DNA from: Trueperaceae bacterium
Lineage (GTDB): Bacteria > Deinococcota > Deinococci > Deinococcales > Trueperaceae
NCBI GenBank assembly: GCA_034520945.1
Contig: JAXHNB010000001.1
Location: 128,001-192,000, forward strand
DNA length: 64,000 nt
Direction of reading: 5' to 3'
The notes below the pieces were generated by a model. The model worked only from the letters and a program-made list of their open reading frames with translations, had not been told where the DNA came from and did not search any database. Positions 55,868-64,000 of this stretch are shown in pieces. Every line of letters starts with the position of its first letter. Position 1 is the first letter of the stretch. Made by a program: the position numbers and the translations under genes.

Positions 55868-58552
55868 ATGAGCCTACGGACCAAGACCGTGATCGTGAGC
55901 GTGCTGGTCATGCTCGGCTTCGTCGTGGCCGTCTACCTGACCGCCTCCCGCGTGCTGAGCCAAGGGTTCGCGCGCGTGGAACACGACGCGGTCGAACGCA
56001 GCGTGCGGACGCTCGAGGGGCACATGCCGTTCGAAGTGGCGGTCGTGGCGGAGAAGCTCGGGACCTTCGCGTCGGTCGAGGACCTCGCCGCGTTCGCGGC
56101 CAGGCCGGACCCCGCCTTCGCGGCACGACGGCTGTCGGCCGAACGGGTTCGCGCGGCCGAGCTGAGCTTCGCGGCCGTGTTCGACGCGGAGGGGCGCTCG
56201 CTCCACACGGCGGTCGCCCAAGGCGCACCCGGGGATCGCGAGGTCCAGGAGGCGTGGCAGCGGGCGCGAGGCGCCGATGCCACGCCGAGGGGCTTGCTGC
56301 AGGTGGGGGACGCCACCGCCATCGTGGCGTCGACGCCTCTGGAGCGGCCCGGCGACGCGGCGCGGGTCGGCACGCTGTTCGTGGGTCGCGTGATCGATGC
56401 GGACCTCATTCGGCAGATCGAGTCCCTGACGCACCTGGAGATCGACATGCGCCCCTATGGCGCCGAAGACCTTCCGCCACCGTTCGCACGGGCCCGGCGT
56501 GCGATCGACGGGGGCACGGCCCGCCCGATCGAGCCTGTGGACGAGAACACCATCGTCGGGTTCACCCGCCTGCGGGACGTCGGGGGCGCGCCGGTGCTCC
56601 TGGTTCGCGTCGCGACGCCCAGGCCGATCGCGCAGCAGGCCCGTGAGAGCCGCACGGCGCTGCTGCTGGGCACCGCCGGCGTGGGGTCGGTGCTGGTCGT
56701 GGCGGTCGTCGCGCTGCTGCAGTGGGGCCTGCTGCCACGCTTCTTGCGCATGAGCCGCAGCGTGCGGCGCATCGCGGCCGAGCAAGACGCGTCGTTGCGG
56801 GTCCGTGCGCACGGAAGCGACGAGTTGGGCCAGCTGGGCCGCGACGTGAACGCCATGCTGGACTCGCTCCAGGCGTCGCAGAAGGCCCTGAGGGAGAGCG
56901 AAGCGCGCTACGCCCTGGTCGCGCGCGGCGCCAACGACGGCATGTGGGACTGGGACCTCGAGCTGGGCGAGGTGCTGTACTCGGCGAGGTTCCTGGCGCT
57001 CCTCGGGGAGCCGGCCGAAGATACGCGCGACGGCCCCGAACTATGGCGCGGCAGGATGCATTCCGACGACCTGCCGCGCTTCGAGGCGAAGCTCGCACGG
57101 TTCCGACAGGGCCAGAGCCGCTTCTTCGAGGACGAGCACCGGCTCTGCCGCGCGGACGGTCGGTGGCGCTGGATGCTGGCGCGCGGGGCGGCTACGCCCG
57201 CCGAGGGGCGGCCGGTGCGGATCGCCGGTTCGCTGACCGACATCACCGAGCGGGGCGTGTTCGACCCCGCGACGGGCCTGCCCAATCGCGTGTTGCTGCG
57301 GAGCCGGCTGGCGCAGGCCGCCGAGCGTGCCCGAGAGGGGACGGGTTCGTCCGTGGCCGTGGTGGCGCTGGGCCTGGAGCGTTTCAAGGCCGTCACGGAC
57401 GGCCTGGGGGCGCAAGCCGTAGAGCGCGTCAGCACGGAGATCGCCCGGCGCCTGCAGTCGGGTCTCCGGGCGGGCGACATGATCGCCCGTTTGGGGGGAG
57501 AGGACTTCGTCGCGGTCCTGGAGGACGCCGGCACGGCGGAGCAGGTTCTCGGCGTTCTGGAAGGCGTACGCGCGGCCATGTCCAAGCCCCTGGCGTTGGG
57601 AGGCGCGACCGTGCACATGCCGGTGACGGCGGGCGTCGTGATGGATCTGGCGCGGTACGACCGGCCGGACGAGGCGATCGACGACGCCGTGTTGGCCCGA
57701 GATCAGGCCCGCCGGGCAGGGCAACGGGTCGCCTGGTTCGATCCCGAGATGCAACGCCGCATCGCGGAGCGGCAGCGGACGGAGTCCGAGCTGCGCACAG
57801 CGATCGAGGGAGGCCGGTTGGCGCTGCACTACCAACCGATCGTGGACCTGGAGACCGGCGGCGTGTACGGCTTCGAGGCGCTGGTCCGCTGGCCGCACCC
57901 CACCCGCGGCCTGCTGGCGCCGGCGGCGTTCGTGGAGCTGGCGGAGGAGACCGGCCTGATCGTGCCCCTTGGGGCGTGGGTCCTTCACGAGGCGATCCGC
58001 GTGGCCGCGCGCTGGTCGTCCGCCGCCGGTCCACGCGAAGGGCCGATGATGCACATCAACCTCTCGGCCAAGCAACTGCTGGCCTCCGGATTGGTCGACA
58101 CGGTTCGCGGGGCGCTCGCGGAGCACGAGGTGGATCCTGCCCGTGTGGAGCTCGAGGTCACGGAGAGCGTCATGATCACGCATGGGGGCGAGGCGGCGGA
58201 GGTGCTCGCGCAGTTGCGGCGGGTGGGGGTGCGCCTGGCCGTGGACGACTTCGGCACCGGCCACTCGTCGTTGGCGTACCTGCACGACCTGCCGGTGCAG
58301 ACGCTGAAGGTCGATCGTTCGTTCGTGTTCCGCATGACCGAGGACGTGCGCAGCCGCAAGATCGTCCATACCATCGTGCAGCTCGGCAACGGCTTGGGCA
58401 TGGACGTGGTGGGCGAAGGGATCGAGACCGAAGCGCACCTCGACGCGGTACGCGCCGCGGGGGTGCGCCTGGCGCAGGGCTACTACTTCGCGAAGCCGCT
58501 CCCGCTCGAGCAAGCGGAGCAGTGGCGAGCGCGGGTGCGGCCCGTGTCCTGA
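55868..58552 (+). CDS. Membrane c-di-GMP signalling protein: extracellular sensor (CHASE4-like), HAMP, PAS, degenerate GGDEF, EAL
   Basis: Two TM segments, DELGQL, NDGMWDWD, ARLGGEDF, FEALVRW, DDFGTGHSSL, EGIET, QGYYF. Confidence 0.9.
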   Translation: MSLRTKTVIVSVLVMLGFVVAVYLTASRVLSQGFARVEHDAVERSVRTLEGHMPFEVAVVAEKLGTFASVEDLAAFAARPDPAFAARRLSAERVRAAELSFAAVFDAEGRSLHTAVAQGAPGDREVQEAWQRARGADATPRGLLQVGDATAIVASTPLERPGDAARVGTLFVGRVIDADLIRQIESLTHLEIDMRPYGAEDLPPPFARARRAIDGGTARPIEPVDENTIVGFTRLRDVGGAPVLLVRVATPRPIAQQARESRTALLLGTAGVGSVLVVAVVALLQWGLLPRFLRMSRSVRRIAAEQDASLRVRAHGSDELGQLGRDVNAMLDSLQASQKALRESEARYALVARGANDGMWDWDLELGEVLYSARFLALLGEPAEDTRDGPELWRGRMHSDDLPRFEAKLARFRQGQSRFFEDEHRLCRADGRWRWMLARGAATPAEGRPVRIAGSLTDITERGVFDPATGLPNRVLLRSRLAQAAERAREGTGSSVAVVALGLERFKAVTDGLGAQAVERVSTEIARRLQSGLRAGDMIARLGGEDFVAVLEDAGTAEQVLGVLEGVRAAMSKPLALGGATVHMPVTAGVVMDLARYDRPDEAIDDAVLARDQARRAGQRVAWFDPEMQRRIAERQRTESELRTAIEGGRLALHYQPIVDLETGGVYGFEALVRWPHPTRGLLAPAAFVELAEETGLIVPLGAWVLHEAIRVAARWSSAAGPREGPMMHINLSAKQLLASGLVDTVRGALAEHEVDPARVELEVTESVMITHGGEAAEVLAQLRRVGVRLAVDDFGTGHSSLAYLHDLPVQTLKVDRSFVFRMTEDVRSRKIVHTIVQLGNGLGMDVVGEGIETEAHLDAVRAAGVRLAQGYYFAKPLPLEQAEQWRARVRPVS

Positions 58553-58602
58553 GCGGGGCGAGGCGTGCCGCCGCGTTCGTTCGGCCGCGAGGGGCGGGGC
58601 GA

Positions 58603-60207
58603 TCAGCGTGCGCGCTTGGCGTCGTACATGGCGGCGTCCGCTGCGCGGAGCAGCGCGTCGCCGATGCTGCCGTGGCGCGGGAACTCGGCGGCGCCGACGC
58701 TGGCCGTTACGTGCGTCGCCCGTCCCTGGAGCACGATGGGGTCGTCCAAGACGCGGTGAAGCTTGGCCTGCAGCCGTTCGAGGGCGTCGTCGCTGGCGAG
58801 GTCGCCGACCACGATGCCGAACTCGTCCCCGCCCAAACGCGCGACGGTGTCCTCGGCGCGCACGGTCTGGTGGAGGCGGGACGCGACCTCGGCCAGCAAC
58901 CGGTCACCGGCGTGGTGCCCCAACGCGTCGTTGACGTGCTTGAAATCGTCGAGGTCGAGGAAGGCGACGCCCACGCGTTCGCCGTGCCGGCGGGCGCGGG
59001 CGAGCGCCTGATCCAAGCGTTCCGTGAAGGCGCGGCGGTTGGCGAGTCCGGTCAACGCGTCGTGGGCCGCCTGGTACTCGAGGCGTTCCCGTTCGGTTCG
59101 CAACGCGGCGATCAGGTCCCACTGCCGAATGGCCGCTGCCAACTGGGCCGCGACGGCCGCGGCGTAGCTCTCGGCTTCGTCGGCGTCGCACGCTTCCTCC
59201 TCGACGGCCATGTCCAACAGCAGAACCGCCCGGACGGTCCCCGCGACCTGCACGGGCGTCACCAGCGTTGCGCGGGGGGTAGGACCGGCGCGAGCGGCCT
59301 CCCAGGCTGCTGCATGGGTCGGGCGCCAGCTCTCTGGCGGCGTGGCGGGGCCTGCGTGGTGCGACGCGGCGGTGGGACTGGGCATCAGTTCGCGTAGGTC
59401 CCAGGCATGCGGTTCGAGGATTGGGAGATCGTAGCCGACGGATGCCTCGGCGCGGAACGCGCCGTCGGACCGGCGCAGCAGCACAGCGCCGCCGCCCGCC
59501 CCGGGCACGAGCCCGATGGCATGCTCGAACAGGTCGGGAATCGCCTCGGTCTGGGAGCGTGCCCGCATCAGGTCGTTGGTGAGTGTGATGAGGTCGCGTC
59601 GAAACGCCGCGTCGCGGCGCAGGCGTTCGCGTTCCAGGTCGCGTTCGCTGCTGGAGCGCTTGCGCGCCAGGCTCGCGCGGACGACGTTGGTCGTCGCTCG
59701 TAGCAAGTGGCTCTCCTCGTCGGCCCAGGCCCGGGGGGTCCGTGTCGAGGCGAAGCAGACGAAGCCGGGCAGCGGCGTGCCGGGCATGGGAAGCCACACG
59801 AGCGAATGGACGTGCTGCGCTGCGAGCATCGCGCGCAAGGGCGCGGCTTGCGGGGGAAACGTCTCGATGCGGTCGATCGCGACGGCCTCGCCCCGTTCGA
59901 GGGCAGACCACCACGGGGCCATCCACGCTGTCGGTAGCTCGCGTGCGGCGCCGGGCGCCACGTCGCTGGCGGGATCGATCCACTCGTGGGTGCAGCTGAA
60001 AATCTCCCGGTCGGGCGCGACCTCGAACACCCGGGCGCGCTGTACCGACGTGGCCTGTGCGACGCGCTCGAGGGCACGTCGTATCCCGGCGTCCACGTCC
60101 GGCCCCTCGGCCGCGGCGAGGTCGGCCGTGACGGCGAGGACGAGGTCCGTGAGGTGTGGCACCTCGTGGGCGTCCTCCTCGTTGGCGTCCGCCTCGTCCG
60201 GGGCCAT
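58603..60207 (-). CDS. GAF-GAF-GGDEF diguanylate cyclase
   Basis: SCTHEW GAF domain, HDALTGLANRR, DLDDFKHVNDALGH, RAEDTVARLGGDEF, ADAAMY. Confidence 0.92.
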   Translation of the reverse strand: MAPDEADANEEDAHEVPHLTDLVLAVTADLAAAEGPDVDAGIRRALERVAQATSVQRARVFEVAPDREIFSCTHEWIDPASDVAPGAARELPTAWMAPWWSALERGEAVAIDRIETFPPQAAPLRAMLAAQHVHSLVWLPMPGTPLPGFVCFASTRTPRAWADEESHLLRATTNVVRASLARKRSSSERDLERERLRRDAAFRRDLITLTNDLMRARSQTEAIPDLFEHAIGLVPGAGGGAVLLRRSDGAFRAEASVGYDLPILEPHAWDLRELMPSPTAASHHAGPATPPESWRPTHAAAWEAARAGPTPRATLVTPVQVAGTVRAVLLLDMAVEEEACDADEAESYAAAVAAQLAAAIRQWDLIAALRTERERLEYQAAHDALTGLANRRAFTERLDQALARARRHGERVGVAFLDLDDFKHVNDALGHHAGDRLLAEVASRLHQTVRAEDTVARLGGDEFGIVVGDLASDDALERLQAKLHRVLDDPIVLQGRATHVTASVGAAEFPRHGSIGDALLRAADAAMYDAKRAR

Positions 60208-60280
60208 GTGCGTCACGCTTCCACTCTGCCCGGGTGGGCGGGCGGGCACCGTCAACGGATTGACGCAGCGCCGGCCGTGC

Positions 60281-61111
60281 TCAGCGTTCCCCGGCTTCAC
60301 GGCCGGAGGCCACGGCCCGCAGCCCCTCGCCCAACACGTTCACCGACGCCACCGCCAGGGTGATCGCCAGGCCGGGGAAGACGGCCAGCCACGGGGCCTC
60401 GGCGAACCACAGCTGCGCCTCGTTCAGCATGCCGCCCCAACTCGCCGTGGGGGGCGGGAGGCCGAAGCCGAGGAAGGATAGGGCCGATTCGATCAGGATG
60501 GCGGTGGCGACCAGCAGGGTGCCGGCGACGACCAACGGCGCGGTGGCGCCCGGCAGGAGGTGCCGCAGCAACAGCCGAGCATGGCCGCTGCCGGCGGCGC
60601 GGGCGGCCTCGACGTACTCGCGTTCCCGCAGGGACAGCACCTGCCCGCGCGCCAGGCGGGCCACGCCGGTCCACGACACCAGCGCCAGGATCACCGTCAG
60701 GGTCACGGCGTCCAGCGGCACGAACGCGCTGGCGACCATCGCCAGCGCCAGCGGCGGGATGGCCAGCATGGTGTCGATCACCGCGCTGATGGCGCGGTCC
60801 GTGCGCCCGCCCAGCATGCCGGCGGTGCCGCCGAGCAGCGCGCCGATCGCGACCGACAGGACGGCCACGCCCGCCGCCAGGCCCAGCGACACCCGTCCGG
60901 CGTGCAACATGCGCGACAGCACGTCGCGGCCCAGATCGTCGGTGCCGAGGGGATGCTCGGCGCTGGGGGGCTGAAGCATGTCGCGCGGCGCGGTCGCGGC
61001 CGGGTCGTACGGTGACAACCAGGGGGCGGCCAGGGCGGCGGCCGCCATCAGAGCCAGAATGATCAGGCCGGCTCCGGCCAACGGGTCGCGGGTGAGGAGG
61101 CGCCAGCGCAC
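60281..61111 (-). CDS. Peptide ABC permease (DppC type)
   Basis: HPLGTDDLGRD, EYVEAARAAG, LSFLGFG..ASWG. Confidence 0.93.
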   Translation of the reverse strand: MRWRLLTRDPLAGAGLIILALMAAAALAAPWLSPYDPAATAPRDMLQPPSAEHPLGTDDLGRDVLSRMLHAGRVSLGLAAGVAVLSVAIGALLGGTAGMLGGRTDRAISAVIDTMLAIPPLALAMVASAFVPLDAVTLTVILALVSWTGVARLARGQVLSLREREYVEAARAAGSGHARLLLRHLLPGATAPLVVAGTLLVATAILIESALSFLGFGLPPPTASWGGMLNEAQLWFAEAPWLAVFPGLAITLAVASVNVLGEGLRAVASGREAGER

Positions 61112-61115
61112 GGCG

Positions 61116-62069
61116 TCAGTCGTACCGGACCCGCGGGTCGAGGAGCCCGTAGGCGAGGTCGGTGAGGAGGTTGGTCATGATCACCAGCAGTACCAGCAGC
61201 ATCAGGGCCGCCATCACGACCGGGTAGTCGCGGCCCAGCAGCGACTCGGTGAGCAGCCGGCCCAGGCCGGGCCAACTGAACACGACCTCGGTCACCATGG
61301 CGCCCGAGACCAAGCGTGGCACCTCCAGGCCGAGCACGGTGACCAGCGCGATGGCGGTGTTGGGAAACGCGTGGCGGAACAGCAGGCCCAGGCCGTGCCG
61401 TCCTTTGGCGCGGGCGGTGCGGACGTAATCCTCGCGCATGGCCTCCTCCAGCCCGGCGTGGACGAAGCGGGACCACTGCGCCACGTAGACGCTGCCGAGC
61501 ACGACGGCGGGCGCCACCAGGTGCCGCGCCAGGTCGCCGAGCGAGAAGTCGGCCCCGATCGTGCCCATGCCGCCCGAGGGGATCCAGTTCAGGTACACGC
61601 CGAAGAACAGCAGCACCAACGTGCCGCTCCAGAAGGTCGGCACGCTCATGCCGACCACGCTCAGGAGCTGCAGGACGGCGCGGGCGGCCTTGCTGCGGGC
61701 CAGGGTGGTGGCCACGCCCAGCGCGACGCCGGCGACCAGCCCGACCAGCAGCGCGCCGCCGGTCAGCCACAGCGTGTTGCCGAGGCGCTCCAGCACCACG
61801 GCCCGGGCGGGGCGGCGTTCCCCGAACGAGAAGCCCCAGTCGCCCCGCACCACGTTGCCGAGCCAGGACAGGTACTGCACGTGCAGGGGCCGGTTCAAGC
61901 CCCAGAGCTCCTCGATCCGTTCGATCGCGTCGGGTGACGCGGAGGGGTCGGCGGCGTACACGTCCGCCGGCCCGCCGGCGGGCAGTTGGATCAGCAGGAA
62001 CAGCAGCACCGAGACGAGGAGGACGCGGGGAAGGGCCCCCAGCGTCCTCCCCGCGGCGTAGATCAGCAC
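61116..62069 (-). CDS. Peptide ABC permease (DppB type)
   Basis: GLNRPLHVQY, DYVRTARAKG, EVVFSWPGLG, DPRVR; TACGCT 6 nt before GTG. Confidence 0.93.
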   Translation of the reverse strand: MLIYAAGRTLGALPRVLLVSVLLFLLIQLPAGGPADVYAADPSASPDAIERIEELWGLNRPLHVQYLSWLGNVVRGDWGFSFGERRPARAVVLERLGNTLWLTGGALLVGLVAGVALGVATTLARSKAARAVLQLLSVVGMSVPTFWSGTLVLLFFGVYLNWIPSGGMGTIGADFSLGDLARHLVAPAVVLGSVYVAQWSRFVHAGLEEAMREDYVRTARAKGRHGLGLLFRHAFPNTAIALVTVLGLEVPRLVSGAMVTEVVFSWPGLGRLLTESLLGRDYPVVMAALMLLVLLVIMTNLLTDLAYGLLDPRVRYD

Positions 62070-62097
62070 GGGCGCAGCGTACCGACCGGCGGGGTGC

Positions 62098-63648
62098 TCA
62101 GCGCAGCGTCCATCGGTGCGCGTTCCAGAGGCTGCCGCTCAATGTGGGATCAACGCCCTCCAGGCGGTCCGACACCACGTTCAGCAGCGGACGTGGTGCG
62201 AGGGGCAGCATGACGGCCTCCTCGGCCACGGTCCGCTGGAATTCGCGGATGTTCTCCGCCCGATCCTCGCGGTCGACCAGGCCGGAGACCTCGCGCAGCA
62301 GGTCCAGCGCTTCCTCGTTGGCGTAGTTCTGCCAGTTGGTGCCCAGCCACAGGGAGAAGACCGGTTCCTGACTCTCGCCGAACCAGCCGTACGCCAGTTG
62401 GAAGTCGCCGGCGCCCATGGTGGGCGGGAAGGAGGCGCCGTCGATCTCGCGGATGCGGGCGTCGATCCCGACGTCGCGCCACAGGTCCTGCGCGATCTGC
62501 ACCACCTGGCGGCGGTCGGCCTGCCCCGCGATGTTGAGGATCTCGATCCGCAACGGTTCGCCGTCGCGCGTGCGGATCTCGCCGGGCGCGTCGTGGGTCC
62601 AGCCGGCCTCTTCCAGGAGCGCGCGGGCGGCGTCAGGATCGTATGCGTAGCGCCGCACGTCGTCGGCGTGCGCCCAGTGGGAGCGGGGGAAGATGGCGTG
62701 CTGCGGTTCGACCACGCCGGCGAACACGGTGTCGGTGATCAACTGCTTGTCCAGGCCGTGGGCCAGGGCACGCCGCACCCGCACGTCGGACAGGATGGGG
62801 TCCTGATTGTCGATCCAGAACTGCCACCAGGCGTGGTCGGGCGCTTGCGCCACCTCGTAGCCGTCCAGCCGCTGCGCGAAGCTCAGGTCGGCCGCGCCGA
62901 TGTGGAGGGCCAGCTCCGCCTCGCCGCGCTGCAGGGCGGTGCGGGTGGCCCCGCTGCCGGTCGCGAAGCGGACGACGATCTCGTCCAGTTCGGGCGCGCC
63001 GGCGAAGTAGTCCTGATGGGCTTCGAGCCGGGCGAAGGCGCCGGATTCCCATTCGGCCAGGGTGAACGGGCCCGTGCCTACGGGCGCGCGATTGAACGGC
63101 CCGGCGGTTAGGTCGGCGCCCGCCAGGCGGTGTTCGGGCATCATGAAGCAGGCGTCGCTCGACGCCGCCCCCAGGAAGGCGACGTTGGTGTCACCAAAGT
63201 GCACCACGGCGGTGTGCGGATCCGGCGTTTCGATCTCGGTGATGTCCTCCCACACGGCCCGGCTGGGGACCGGCAGGTCGGGGTCGGTGATCACCTGCCA
63301 GGTGTAGCGGACGTCGGCCGAGGTGAACGGCTCGCCGTCGTGCCAGCGCACGTCGTCGCGCAGGCGAACGGTGTAGGTGGTGCCGTCCTCGCTGATCCCG
63401 CCGTTGGCGAGGGTGGGAACCTCGGTGGCCAGCTGCGGCCGGTAGTCGCCATCTGCGCCGATGGTGTACAGGCAGTCGAACACCAGGTTCTGCACCTCGT
63501 GCGTCAGCGTGAGCAGGTCGAAGTGCGGCATCAGGGTGGCGGGCTCCTGCGGGCTCAGCACGGTGGCGCGCGAGGGCGCCTGCGCCGCGGCGAACGAGAC
63601 GATCACGGCCAGCAGGCCGAGGATGACGGGGCGTACGGATCGCATCAT
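62098..63648 (-). CDS. Peptide ABC substrate-binding protein (family 5)
   Basis: LATEVPTLANGG, VRWHDGEPFTSADV, PVGTGPF, DVRVRRAL; GGAGG RBS. Confidence 0.93.
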   Translation of the reverse strand: MMRSVRPVILGLLAVIVSFAAAQAPSRATVLSPQEPATLMPHFDLLTLTHEVQNLVFDCLYTIGADGDYRPQLATEVPTLANGGISEDGTTYTVRLRDDVRWHDGEPFTSADVRYTWQVITDPDLPVPSRAVWEDITEIETPDPHTAVVHFGDTNVAFLGAASSDACFMMPEHRLAGADLTAGPFNRAPVGTGPFTLAEWESGAFARLEAHQDYFAGAPELDEIVVRFATGSGATRTALQRGEAELALHIGAADLSFAQRLDGYEVAQAPDHAWWQFWIDNQDPILSDVRVRRALAHGLDKQLITDTVFAGVVEPQHAIFPRSHWAHADDVRRYAYDPDAARALLEEAGWTHDAPGEIRTRDGEPLRIEILNIAGQADRRQVVQIAQDLWRDVGIDARIREIDGASFPPTMGAGDFQLAYGWFGESQEPVFSLWLGTNWQNYANEEALDLLREVSGLVDREDRAENIREFQRTVAEEAVMLPLAPRPLLNVVSDRLEGVDPTLSGSLWNAHRWTLR

Positions 63649-63720
63649 GGGACCTCCAACGAGATTCAAACGCCGCCCGGGCGCGCGTGCGCGCAGCGGC
63701 GGCCGATGGGCCAGTGTGCA

Positions 63721-63735
63721 TGATCGAAACGATCA
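63721..63735. promoter_or_regulatory. Candidate operator palindrome
   Basis: TGATCG-AAA-CGATCA in the divergent intergenic region. Confidence 0.6.
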
Positions 63736-63826
63736 GGAATGTCGGGCGGCGTGCCGGGCCGCGGTGGCGCGCCGGCGCGTAGCAGGGCACGTGGCGGTGG
63801 CGCGGGGGGCGCTACGCTCTTGGTCG

Positions 63827-64000
63827 ATGCGTTCCGCTCGAATCGCGCTGATCATGTGGCCGGCGTCGCTGCTCACCCTGTGGGCGGTGCTGGCAGCATT
63901 GGGCTTCGGTCCCCAGGAGGCGGTGGCGCGCGGTCTGTCGCTGCTGGGGTCCGGGCCGTGGGCGCTGGCGGCGTTGTTGGCCGCGTACGCGGTGCGTTCG
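63827..64000 (+). CDS. Membrane protein, N-terminal part (possibly TVP38/TMEM64-DedA type)
   Basis: Open hydrophobic frame MRSARIALIMWPASLLTLWAVL..ALLAAYAVRS running off the window. Confidence 0.5.
   Translation, partial: MRSARIALIMWPASLLTLWAVLAALGFGPQEAVARGLSLLGSGPWALAALLAAYAVRS

Overview
High-GC bacterial chromosomal segment, most likely Deinococcota (Trueperaceae-like). The primary sigma factor ends in the Deinococcus-Thermus-type [15 protein letters not shown], a cytochrome domain resembles Thermus c552, and several genes have a TANNNT -10 box 5-7 nt before the start codon. The window is dominated by nutrient-scavenging operons: (1) a PQQ-dehydrogenase module (PqqT-like ABC importer, ABC-2 pair, di-heme cytochrome c fusion, XoxJ/MxaJ-like protein, truncated quinoprotein); (2) sigA plus GDPD; (3) three Opp/Dpp-type peptide ABC clusters with hydrolases and no ATPase; (4) a DrrAB-type exporter with MarR; (5) a TAXI-TRAP transporter with a CoA transferase; (6) two sugar ABC clusters (GH2, apparently internally deleted, and GH42) joined by a scrambled junction carrying an orphan GH149-like fragment; (7) divergent lexA and crp with a candidate operator; (8) a purine uptake/deamination operon; (9) a convergent c-di-GMP phosphodiesterase/cyclase pair. 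I saw no rRNA, tRNA, CRISPR array or transposase. Family assignments come from motif recognition only; no database searches were run.
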